A DNA stretch of 64,000 bases from Takakia lepidozioides (taxonomy: Eukaryota; Plantae; Bryophyta): assembly GCA_030704615.1 (NCBI GenBank), contig CM060733.1, positions 73,532,001 through 73,596,000 on the forward strand, in the 5' to 3' direction. The notes beneath the pieces were generated by a model that did no database searches, had not been told where the DNA came from, and worked only from the letters and a program-made list of their open reading frames with translations. Below are positions 49,401 to 60,364 of this stretch, one piece after another. How positions within the stretch are numbered: the first letter of the stretch is position 1; each line of letters starts with the position of its first letter. The position numbers and the translations under genes were made by a program.

Positions 49401-52400
49401 TAGACACACAAGCACATCAGTTCAAGATGGAGATATCTCGTGCAGCAGAGAGCCTACGTGACTATGTGACGAGGTACTTTCTGCTCTACAAAACCAACCT
49501 ATTCTTTCGGGAGATAGCAGATGCTCGCCGGAGCCACGAGTTCACCGACCAGCCGAACGCGGACAAAGCAGCAATGTGCCTTCTGTTCAGGTACATACGC
49601 GCTGCCTTTCTTTCAAGTCCTTGCATTTCAGGATGTTAGAGGCCTCATGTGGTGTTAGGGAAAATGGCGCCGAATTTCCAGTCAGGGCTCCGAAAATGGC
49701 CAAGTCCCTAGACTGACTTGCACTGAACTGGAAATTCGGCGCCATTTTCCAGTTCCATGCCCTATTGCCGTTCAGGGACTTAGCCAGTTTTGGGCTAAGT
49801 CCCTAGGGTGGCTGGCCCTGAAGTGGAAATTCGGCGCCATTTTCCAGTTCTAGGCCCTATTGCCGTTCAGGGACTTAGCCATTTTCGGGCTAAGTCCCTA
49901 GGGTGGCTGGCCCTGAACTGGAAATTCGGCGCCATTTTCCAGTTCTAGGCCCTATTGCCGTTCAGGGACGTAGCCATTTTCGGGCTAAGTCCCTAGGGTG
50001 GCTGGCCCTGAACTGGAAATTCGGCGCAATTTTTCCAGTTCTAGGCCATATTGCGGTTCTGGGACTTAGCCATCTTCGGGCCAAACCGGGAAAAATGGCG
50101 CCGAATTTCCAGTTCAGGGCTCCCAAGATGGCTAAGTCCCTAGGGTGGCAGTCACCGAAAACCGAAATTCGGCGCCATTTTTCCATTTCTAGGCCCACTC
50201 ACATCCGCCCCAACCTGGGAAAATGGTGCCGAATATGCATTTCAGGGACCTCATTGTGTTTTTCATGAATGCAGGTACTGCAAGTTCTCCCTTTTGGAGA
50301 AAGGTCATCTGTCTTTCGAGCCACCATTCTTCCTGGCATGGAGGAACCCTGGGGCTGACTCCGTGTACACTGATGATATTGTGAAGGAGTGGCATCTAGA
50401 ACATTTGCGTGATTGCCCTTGGTATGTGGACCTTCCGCCCGGCTCGCTCGACCCATCCGAGTTTCAATTGAAGCTGGATGCTGAATTTCGTCGAAACCGG
50501 GCTCCGCTCCCTCCGTTGGGTGCAAAAGAGGCAAAAGCGCTTGCGAACTCCAGGAAAGCGGCAGAGCTTGCTCAGGCAAGAATTCAGGAGAAATTGCATG
50601 AGAAGAGTAAAGGCCAAAGGAAAAGGACAAGGAAACAGGTGAGTGCAGTAACACCCAAAAAGAAGAAAACCATCGGGGCATCGAAGGAGGCACAGGAGGG
50701 GACCCAAGAGAGTGACTCAGACGACGACTTTGTTCAAGGTCCTACGACTGCTGTTGCTCCTACCCAGTCACCGGTCGTCCGGGTTCCCAAGTCAGTTCGG
50801 AGTGGGACTGGCTCTGCCAAGAAGTTGGCATTTGAGGGCGAGCCTACACGGCGGTATTCGGCGGTGACGTTTACGCACAGGCCAAAGCTAGAACCTCCAA
50901 CCATCATCCAATGCGTCAATGAGAGCTTCCTTGACGCTCTCGCTGCCAGGGCGAAGAAGGTGGCACACAGCAAGTCTCTGGCGGAGCAGAAGGGAAAGCC
51001 AAGAAGAGGGCTGGCGGTACAGAGCCTAAAGACACCCCTGGTTTTGAAGCCATGATGGAATTCTTCACGGCTGTGAGCACGGATTGCAAGAGCACTCGGG
51101 GGGGGGGGGGTGTGTTGAGGTGGAGAGAGCTTGCGACATGATTCTCCTCGACATTCCAGATGGGGAGCTGCTGGAGGGCCTGGATGGTGTGCCCACCTGG
51201 AACAGGTTTACTGAGGACTACTGGAAAGCCGGGTTTGGGCTAGCGGGGATGCTTCTGGATGACGGTGGATGTGTGGTTGTCCTTGCCACGAGAGGGAAGA
51301 CCACAGAGAATACGGTGGCAAGGTGGACACCGAAAAGTGTCACCCCGGTCCTCCTCAGAAAATGGTTCTGCATCAGTACACAGGGGTTGCGAACAGAGGG
51401 TCAAAGTGTAAGTTATCAATCTATTGCATTCACTTCATATTGTGGTGTATGTTAAGTAGACCTTGGAGTTGATCCCTTCTTTGTTGGATGTGCAGACATT
51501 GGTGTTTGAGGCATATTGCTTTGTGAAGAGAGGGTCTACGTTCAAATTCCGCAACGACGGTCGTCTTGTTGATGCCGCTGTGGACCTTGTAACCTACGAT
51601 GTCCTCTACAACTATGTGCCCCACTCCAGTATGCCGAAGGACACAAAGACAGGCAAACCGTGGCGGTACAGCCGGACCCGGAGCCCTGCTTTCATCCAAA
51701 CCCTCATGGAGACGTGCTCGGATGTCCAAGGGCGGATTCTGGACCTCACATGCGGCACGGGTAAGCCTTCACGTGCTCAGTTTGTCCCCTGGCCCGATTG
51801 CAATTGCATGCCGCAAGCTATTAACCGCCCGCTTTGTTAGGTGCTTCAATGTGGGCAGGGACATTGTCCGACAGGCATGTGTTCGCCTTCGAGCCAGATA
51901 CTGCCCTCCACAACTTGGAACTTGCAGCGGCTGAACGTCTGCCGAAAGAGGAAGAGGCATCCTCGGAGGATGAGGAAAAATCCGAGAAGGAGCAGGGGGA
52001 GGAAGTTGGGATCGAGGCCGAGGAGCCCCCGGTTTACGAGTGAGTGGTGGCATTGTAAGTTGCCTCCAGATTTCGTGAGGCACCTCCCTCCGCTCTCTTA
52101 TTTCATTGAAAACCCTTTCTGGTTGTGCTGGTATTGACATTCTTGAAGTGGATTTGTTCTTACTGTAGGATGCCAAGTACGGCAGGAGGGACGTCTACAC
52201 CGGAGTTCATGGGCAGGAGGAACGTGCTTTTTTTTGCCAGGGGGGATTTCATGCCTAGTCCAGAAAGGGAGTACATCCTTCCTACTTATGCTGCCCGGCT
52301 TGCTTCGGTGTCCATTAGGAGGTGTTCCGAACCTAGTCGTGTACAGCAGATTTTAGACGAGGCAAGCCTCAAGAAAATGAAAATGAGGGAGGAGGCAGCA

Positions 52401-52625
52401 GCTATTAGAGCCCGTCGGGCTCGTAGATTTGTCTTGGATTCTGCTGAGGAAAGTGGGGGAGAAGACGCAGAAGATTCCCAGGAGGTGAGGTGGACAGTCC
52501 CCCAAGGAGAGGACGGGATTTTTGAGAGGCATAGTGGAACTGATGCATCACAGAGCTTGGAGGAGGGGGATGAGGGGGATGAGGAAGAAGGTGGGGCAAG
52601 TTCCTCGGAGGGTGTAGGAGAGTAG
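46497..52625 (+). CDS. Multi-exon ParB/Srx-like plus beta-class amino-DNA-methyltransferase-like protein (copy A, with lesions)
   Basis: Predicted exons: 46497-46673 (GC donor), 47032-48476, 48595-48784, [exon partly deleted ~48840-48890], ~49154-49280, ~49376-49590, 50275-51407, 51496-51760, 51841-52039, 52169-52625. Motifs DGNHR 48322-48336, DMILLDIPDG (DIPD at 51150-51161), RSPAFIQTLMETCS..GRILDLTCGTG|ASMWAG..DRHVFAFEPD. 1-nt indel near 50990. Confidence 0.75.
49660..50240. repeat. Intronic 95-bp hairpin array (~4 units) within intron 49591-50274
   Basis: GGGCTAAGTCCCTAG at 49792, 49887 and 49982. Confidence 0.9.
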
Positions 52626-52854
52626 TGCCCATTCCGGCTATGACAGTTAGAACACACTTGTATAGACGTGGCTTGCCACAAAATTTGCAATAAAATGTTG
52701 CATTTCAAGTCCACTGGTGCCACATTCCAACTTCACATGACCCTATTTCCGTGCCTCCTAACCCTATTTCCGTGGACTCACAATGGTCTGCTCATGCTTT
52801 TTTTTTTCTCGCTCATGCTCATGCCGCTCATGAAATAGCAGCCCCCTATGGGTG

Positions 52855-54404
52855 AGGTTGGCCTCATGCCCCCGCATGCAAATGCGGGTCTATATAAGGG
52901 CAACATTTTCCGTCTCGGCGAAGCCCTGCCGAATTGGGGAGTGCAGGTGGTGGATGGACTGAAGCATGGTGGAAGGGTGGTGGAAGGACTGAGAGTGGTG
53001 TTTCATCTTCACCTGTTTGTTAATCATTCTCTCTCACTATTTTCCAGAAGAGTTACACACTCAACTCACGCAGTGTCTGCTTTTTTAGCCTGGCACAGCG
53101 AAGAGGGGCTATTACATTAGAGTTTCTCTTTGTTTTGTCGCTCTTTTCTGCATCTCATATATCTGTCTTGGTCTTCTCCAGTTATACGATTCAAAGGAAT
53201 GTGACGGGAGATCTCCCGTCATCCTGAGCAGTTCCGTTCCAATTTGGAACTCTATTTTCTGTTTATCTTTTTCCGCCCATGGGAGATCATAGAACGGGAG
53301 ACCTCCGGTGATCCCTTAGTGTTTGCATCTGTGGTGTGCATAGATTCTATCTTGCCTTGCACAATCCTGAATTTTTGTGTGGATAGCTTAAGGGTTGAGG
53401 CGACGAGAACAGGAGATCTCCTGTCATCCTGCGGAGGGTTCGCCGCATTTGATATCTTCATCTTTTCTACCTTTTTTGCTCCCCATTTTTTACTTGAGGG
53501 CATAGCAGGGGAGATCTCCCGTGGTAGAAGATGGTTACCACCTGTGGACATCTGTCTATCGGAGAAGCCGTGATCTTAATCCACCTTGTCGGCTCTCCAG
53601 TTCTAAGAATTGTCGCTGAGGGTACCTGTCTGAATATGTCGGGAGAGGGATTTTGTCATGGCAGGCGTCTCTCTAGTAGTTTAGTGAGCGTCATCTTGAA
53701 AACCGTGATACATGGAATGAAGTCCATTAGCTTGCCGTATTCACATCCAGACGCGGAAATTGTTGGAGAAGCCCTGGGGACACCCGTTGTCTAGAAAGTT
53801 AGTCAAGTTTGGAAACGTGTGCGAATGGAGGGTGAGGGGTCTAGGTCCGATGCTAGAGCGAGCACACATGTTGTGGAGGATACAATATATTGAAGGGGCA
53901 GGAACAAAAGTTTCACAAGATACAATAAAAAAAGAAGCGTGTCGAGGGTCAGAAAGGCGCACATCAGATATTCGGAAGAGATACTTGGCGTAATCAGATG
54001 TGCAATCTTCTCAATGATGAGATGGACATCATCGCTGAGGGCCGGATTGAGGCCTGTCTACCTGACAAAGTTATTCTTGGTGAAAACCTTGGGGAGGAGC
54101 ATGTCGGTGTAATTGTTACAGCTGTCCCTGGGTCAACCTGGTCTCGGTCAGCTACCTATCTCCCTAACAAGTATGGTGACTCACGGCCATGGTGACGGTG
54201 CTTATGCTCAGTTCACGAACGAGTTCTGGCCAAGTGATCCTAACTTGACAATCAGCTCCTTGGCTCGTTGTCTTCGCGCTCTTGAGAAGCCCACATGTCG
54301 AAAGTCAAGAGAAATTTTTGATCATCCAATGCAGAACTCATTTTTCGAAACTCTAATGAGGGGAAAGTCTCGATATGAGAAAGCACTAAACCCTAGGGAA
54401 TCCC
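52855..54404 (+). mobile_element. Right part of the ACGGGAG-palindrome element, with a putative transposase-like fragment at ~54130-54404
   Basis: TATATAAGG at ~52891. Perfect TGACGGGAGATCTCCCGTCA at 53202-53221 plus four more copies. GQLPISLTSMVTHGHGDGAYAQFTNEFWPSDPNLTISSLARCL resembles DUF7869-type putative transposases (from memory, unverified). Confidence 0.45.
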
Positions 54405-57400
54405 TGTCGAGCGGCTTTTACTCACCCATCCCTTCGCTATCCGAGGTGGAAACTCCAAGATAGAAGAGTTGGATATCTCTAAGCACTCAGCCCGCTCAGA
54501 ACAATCAGTCATGACCTGCAGCTAGTGAATCATGGTTGTGCTTCCTATTTGTATTCCTTCTTGCCTTCATGTTATCAATTTACCTTACCATGTATACTGA
54601 AGCATCAGATTGCTTCAGTATCTACTAAGTTCCAGTTAATCATGCATTCATTCCACAGCTTCACTCATGTCTCTCTACACAGTGTGATTGTATCGAATAA
54701 GTATCAGATTATGATTTATCAGGTATCAGGCCAATGCCATGGTGACTCTAATCTGCCCTACCGTATCACTACAGCTCTGTAGGTAATCAGCATCTACTGT
54801 TCATCTTTCCCCTTCTTGCTCCCCGCCTGATCTCCTCTCATGCATGACCCCAAAGCGCTCCCCGTGAAGTGTGTCTTTCTTTCCGTTGCCGCTCTCCTTA
54901 TCTGCCCGCAAGCTGTTTTAACCACTTAACTAATTAACCGTCATCCCTGAAGTAACACGTTCCTTCTGTAGATGTCGTTCCCTCACAGTCATTCCCTGTC
55001 AATGATAACTGTTCCCCATGTACTGTGACAGGCTGTGTCAAGCTGTGCCGAGCTGTGATTGGCTGTGTAAGGTTGGGACTGGCTGTGTCGGGCTGTGTCG
55101 GGCTGTGCGAAACTGTGGCGGCTGTAACTGGCTGTGAGCTGTGGCGGGCTGTGTCGGGCTGTGTCGGACTATGACTGGCTGTGTTAAGCTGTGTCGGGCT
55201 GTGTAACCCCCCTAAAGCCTACTGCTGCCACCCCTAAAGCTCCTGTTGGTCTCAGTCTGCGCAAAAATTAAGGGTACCCCACAAAACCCGTAAAAGCGTC
55301 TAAGTCCCAAGCACCCCTCCCCCTCTCAAAAAGTCGTGTCCTCACGGTTTACTATTTGGGATTAGCAAACCTTTGTGAGCAAGCACCCTTCCAACGGTGA
55401 GAGTCTCGTGAAGGACTCTGAGTGCGAGCCCGAGTCCTGTCACTGGCTGACGGAGATGATTGAGCACTACCTGGAAATGTCAGTCCCTCCTTTGGCTGAT
55501 AACGAGGTAACCGCTTAGGCATAGGAGATCCCCGTCGTTTCTTCTCTGCCATCTGAAGTGCATAGTCCTCTGCCATGTCAAAAGAGTCCGCTGAAGAAAC
55601 AATAGTATCAGAATCCTCGTCTCCCCTCAGGTGTTTTAACGGCCGAACTTTAAGTGGAATCCTGTGTGGCATACAATGTTGTCCAAAAGTTTAAATTGTA
55701 CAACTTGTTGTAAGCACTGGCACGCAAAATTAGTGAACGTCCTAAACTCCTTATCTGTATAGGTAAGAGGTGTGCCAATGACTTGGGAACAGTGCAAGTA
55801 TTTCCATGCCTCATGTCCCTTAAAGAAAATATCCTCAGGGCCGAATTTCTGTGTTGTCAAATTGTTCCAAGCCGAATGAAACCATGAACGAAGTTGGGTA
55901 TCGTTCTGCATCATAACTTTTGCATCATATAGGTATATATGAGGTGGCACTGAAGGTAAGACCCAATGATCCCCACTGGAATAACTCAGAAATCGCGATT
56001 GCATCTTCTGCTGCTCAATGTGATATCGTGCCAGAAAACAAGCAGCATAGTATAATCCACAGCCCATGACAATACTTGATACCTCTTTGGTTTTGGTATA
56101 AATGTACCCATGTACAACTTGGAAGGCAATTAATTCCTTCAACATGGTACCTGCTTTAGACCAGTACCTCGCAAAGTGATGATCCTCAATGGGTCGATTG
56201 TTCGGAAGAACCTTAGTCCTAGTCGCCACTGGCAGCCAAATGCGCATGATCTGGTAGTAATGAGCCAACGACTGTGGCGGACTAAATTCCTTCCAAGCCA
56301 AATCCAACACAATGGGAATTTGGTTGAAGGGCATAATCATAGCCCGACTGTACTCTCGTGCAGCAGGAGTCTTAGGTGGGTTAAAAGCAGCATCCCCCCA
56401 TACCTCAGGCTGTGGTGTGGCTGTAGTAACAACAGGGTCAGCTACCTACACAGTCACTTGTTGTGGTATTGGGACCACTGGCCCTTCTACCACTGGCATC
56501 TCCTGCACCCCTTGCGAAGAAGACTGAAAAATTAGAGTTCTGGCATGTAAATAAGTAGCCATCAGCTGCTCCTCAGGTACAAAGACTCTCTTGTCAATAT
56601 TTGAACTCATGTCATCCACCTGAGTCTGCAAGCCTTCTACATCCTCCTGTAGCTCCGCTATCCTACTATAGACATTGTCTATAATAGTTGTGGCAATGTT
56701 CTGCACCTGCAGTCTGAGCTCATTCATCTCGCCCTGGGTGAGCTTCCGTGGTGCTTTGCCTTCCACTGGCCCTTGTGCTAACCAGACCTGCATAAGGTGG
56801 TTATCCACCAAGTCGTGTGTGGCACCCCTGAGAGTCTGCTCCTCTGTGAGCCTATACACATCTAACTGCTGCTGTAAAGCCTCCATGCGCTTCGCATGAG
56901 GTTCAACCAAACTCGCATAGGCAGCAGCCAGATTATTGGCTTCCTTCCAAGCCTTGTTAGCCACAGAGAGTTTATTTCTATTGACCATGACTATTTGTTG
57001 CAACTCCAGGATGTACCTCTCTTGGTTAGCCTCAACCTGTCTGTATTGCTTGAAAGTATTCTCATTGCGACAGATTGTATTCTTCATATCAACAATGAGT
57101 TTAGCCTGCTCGATTATCTCTGCCTCTGCCTTCATACATCTCTCCCCTTGTCTGTTAACTTCTAATGCAGTTTGCTCAAGAGTAGTTGTGAGTGTAGCAC
57201 ATTGTATGGTCATCCTCTCATGTACTGCCTGCAACTCCGTATGTAGTGCATTCACTTCTTGCAACTTGCCCTCATGCTTTACCTGCATTTGGTATAACTG
57301 TTGCTTATGTGCTTCATGCAACTAGTCCTGCTCGAGGCCGGCTTCAATCAGATGTCCCTTGGCCAACTGCAAAGCAGCCTTTGTGTCCTCTAACTCTTGT

Positions 57401-60055
57401 TGTAACTTGAGATTGACCTCCTCATCTACCTTGTTAGCACACTCAGTGGCAAGTCGAGCCTCAAACTCCTTCCTGAGTTCCTCCCTCAAAGCTGCCAATT
57501 GGGTAGATAGAACATGGGATTTCACATAAGTGCCCAACAAATTAAAGTGTTCTGCTTATGGAACTCATAAGCATGGCCTGCTGAGGATCATCATGGTGAG
57601 CTTGCTGCTGTTCTTCCTGATCCTCGACAGTGTGATGCCTCACCAACCATTCAGGCCATTGCCCCACCAGATTTTCTTCCTGAACCACCTCATCCGCCAC
57701 ATGTGCTGCAGTGTCTTGATATTCTACCCCTGGTACCTCCGTCACAGGTGTGGGTATTACATGCACAACAGGGTTTTCCCTGGACAACCGCTGCACCTCT
57801 AGAATCACTGATTCCCTTACCAAGCCAGAGTTTTCATAGAGAAGGTCACCCTTCTCAATTTCGGCCACAACCTACTCTGTAGTGGGAATGTCCAACCTTT
57901 CTCCTTCCAGAGCAATTGGGGGTGATGTCACAGCATGTACTAACTGTGGAACCTCTAAAACAACTTAGTAAATTGGTTGTGGTGGCTGTGGTATCGAAGT
58001 GACTTCCTCTTCCCTTTCCGAAGGCTGTGCTTCCAATAATAACAGCTCTCTGTGCTGTTGTGCCCCATCTTGCACAAGAGCTTAGGAAACATTATCGTGC
58101 GGTTTCCGTGAAGCCAGTGGATCTGCCACTACAATCATACCCCGCCTCTGTCTCTTAGATTGGTGTTGCCCTGCCACTCCACCCTCAGTGTGTGAAGAGC
58201 CCTGCTCTTCAATTGCAGTGGTTTCTGCCTCAAACACTCCCATCTCCTTACGTTCCCGAGTATCAAGTATGCAAGAATCAAGAATTATTTGGGCAATGAC
58301 TGGACCAGACACAATGATCGGAGACTTAGCAGCAGTGCCCCGTAACCTCTTCATCTCGTCCACCAGTCCATTGTACATTAACTCCGCCCAAGCGACATCC
58401 TCTCCCCTCAAAGCCTTCAGGATCTCCTCTGTGAATGACCTGCTCAAATACTGTTGGTTCTGTTTCATGGCAAACAGAACGTTCAATATTTGGCCAACTT
58501 CCCTAAGCCCTGGGTACTCGGCTTTGGTACAAGCGTAACCTTGAGTTTTAAAGAAACTCCCTTCTTGGAACAAATTCCCTATCTGTAATCTTGCCCTGTG
58601 CTCATCCACATCCACATGTCCTGATGGCAAATCAAACAATTGCTGCAGGTACTGGGGAGTAATTTCTATATCTACTCCCCTCACCTGAGTAACTCCCGTC
58701 CGAGGCTCAAAGTTCTGAAGAAATTGTATCATGAACTGCCGATGATGCAAGGACCAGTCCTTGCGTAACAGCCCCTCCAATCGCAACTCCCTTAGCAGCT
58801 GTACTGCCTGCGGTGCTGCAATTGTTTGCTTCTGCAGTATCGTGGTGCTCTTCACCCTGATATCCTCCATTCCCCTCACTCTCTTCATTCTAGACAAACA
58901 GAAAGGCTTTGTTTGAAACAGCTGAAGGAAAGCTTGCAGGGCACAGAGCATGAAGGTATGGTTGGCACAGAATGAAATAGGTAAGTGCGTGTAAGCCTGT
59001 GGGGCTTGCAAGTAACGAGTGAGAGAAAATATACTCTCAATGCGTCCGTCCTTGCGCCACTGCGTGAGAAGTAAAGCGAGTGTGTAATCGGTTACATCTG
59101 CCATAGCTACCAGGCTAGTGCTTTGATTGCCCCTTCCGTCGAGAGCTTGGCTATTCAGAGCCACTCCGACTCTTCTGCTCATAACACTTCCTATTTCTTG
59201 TTCTTGTTTCTTGGAGGGAACCACCTGCATGTAATTCTCCCTCCTGATTGGCTGTGGACTGCTTAGATAATTCCTTAATTCCACCCCCCTCCATGGACAT
59301 TTCCACTTGGAATGTCCAGTAGGATAGCACATGTGACATAGGTTTCCCTTTTTTGAACTCGAAAATAGTTCCGTTACCCTGGCACTGAATGCATTAATGG
59401 GCCCACAATTAGTATTAGTTGCTGTACCGAGTAGGTACTTTGACGGCCCAATTTGTCCTCTTGCATGATGAAACTCACTTTTGCAATCGATGCAGCGCGG
59501 TGTGCTTCGCCTTAGCCGCCACATGTCCGTTTCTAAACATGCCCCCGTCTTCCCCTCTCCGCGTGGCACATTCTCCAAGTTTGACTTCCAAACTTTTTCT
59601 TCACTTGATGGCCACTTTTCTAACGTTAATTCGCGTCCACCTGTTACTGACCTTATGGACCGTGTAATCTATAGGGCTGTGTTGGGCTGTGATAGGTTGT
59701 GTCACACTGTGATGGGCTGTGATAGGTATGCGAACACCTGTAGCTCCCGCCCTGGTCATATATGCTCGGCTTAGCGACAAGTGCTCCATACTCCGTTGGT
59801 ATCACTGGCGCAACCCGTGACTGCTTTTGCGTTTCAACATGCAAATCGTGCTGCAATGGTTTGTCATGAATACCACTGTACCCCTTCAACTTATTGGCAT
59901 TGACTCTTCCCAACATCTCTTTGTTAATGGTTTGGTGTTGTTATCATACATCTTGTGTATGACATAAGGTCCCTTCCATGGTGATTTAAGCTTAGAAGCT
60001 TTAATCTTCCCCTTCTTCTGCAACCAGAGAACCAAATCTCCCGTCTTAAAAGTCT
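54405..60055 (-). mobile_element. Gypsy copy Z (same family as Y): end of integrase, 3' ORF and 3' LTR; 5'-truncated
   Basis: LTR 54405-~55313 with a decamer array at 55023-55203. PPT at ~55314-55327. ORF homology to 24510-29341. Confidence 0.9.
55349..59650 (-). pseudogene. Post-integrase reading frame of copy Z: CCHC knuckle plus extra 3' ORF
   Basis: CHMCYPTGHSKWKC is in the same frame as MKRVRGMEDIRV; downstream coiled-coil fragments. Confidence 0.75.
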
Positions 60056-60364
60056 GTAGTGTGAATGCAGGGGAGTGACATTACATTTTGTCTTACCGTT
60101 AAGACCCTGCATCACTACAACGGGAGTGCCCGTTGTACAACTGCAGGAGGGATATATCCCTGCATACAGGTAATTTCATGGGCATACTGTGCTTATGCTT
60201 TGCCAGGATAAAAATGGCTAAGTCATGACCATGCGTATATTCATCCGTAGGATGAACGTTTTCATCCCAGGTGTTTAACCTAGAAACGCGGGTTGAGGAA
60301 AACGAAGAGGAAGATGACGGGCAACTCTTAGCAGCTGCTGCGAGCAGTGGGGTTGTCAGGGCCG

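Larger units (their letters stand above)
41474..52846 (+). mobile_element. MULE-1 copy A, complete termini (11,373 bp), transposase internally deleted
   Basis: 8-bp TSD TATGGGTG (41466-41473 and 52847-52854). Imperfect TIRs GAGGTTAGCTATTTCATGAGC and rc GGGGGCTGCTATTTCATGAGC, with CATGAGCG(G) subrepeats. Confidence 0.93.
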
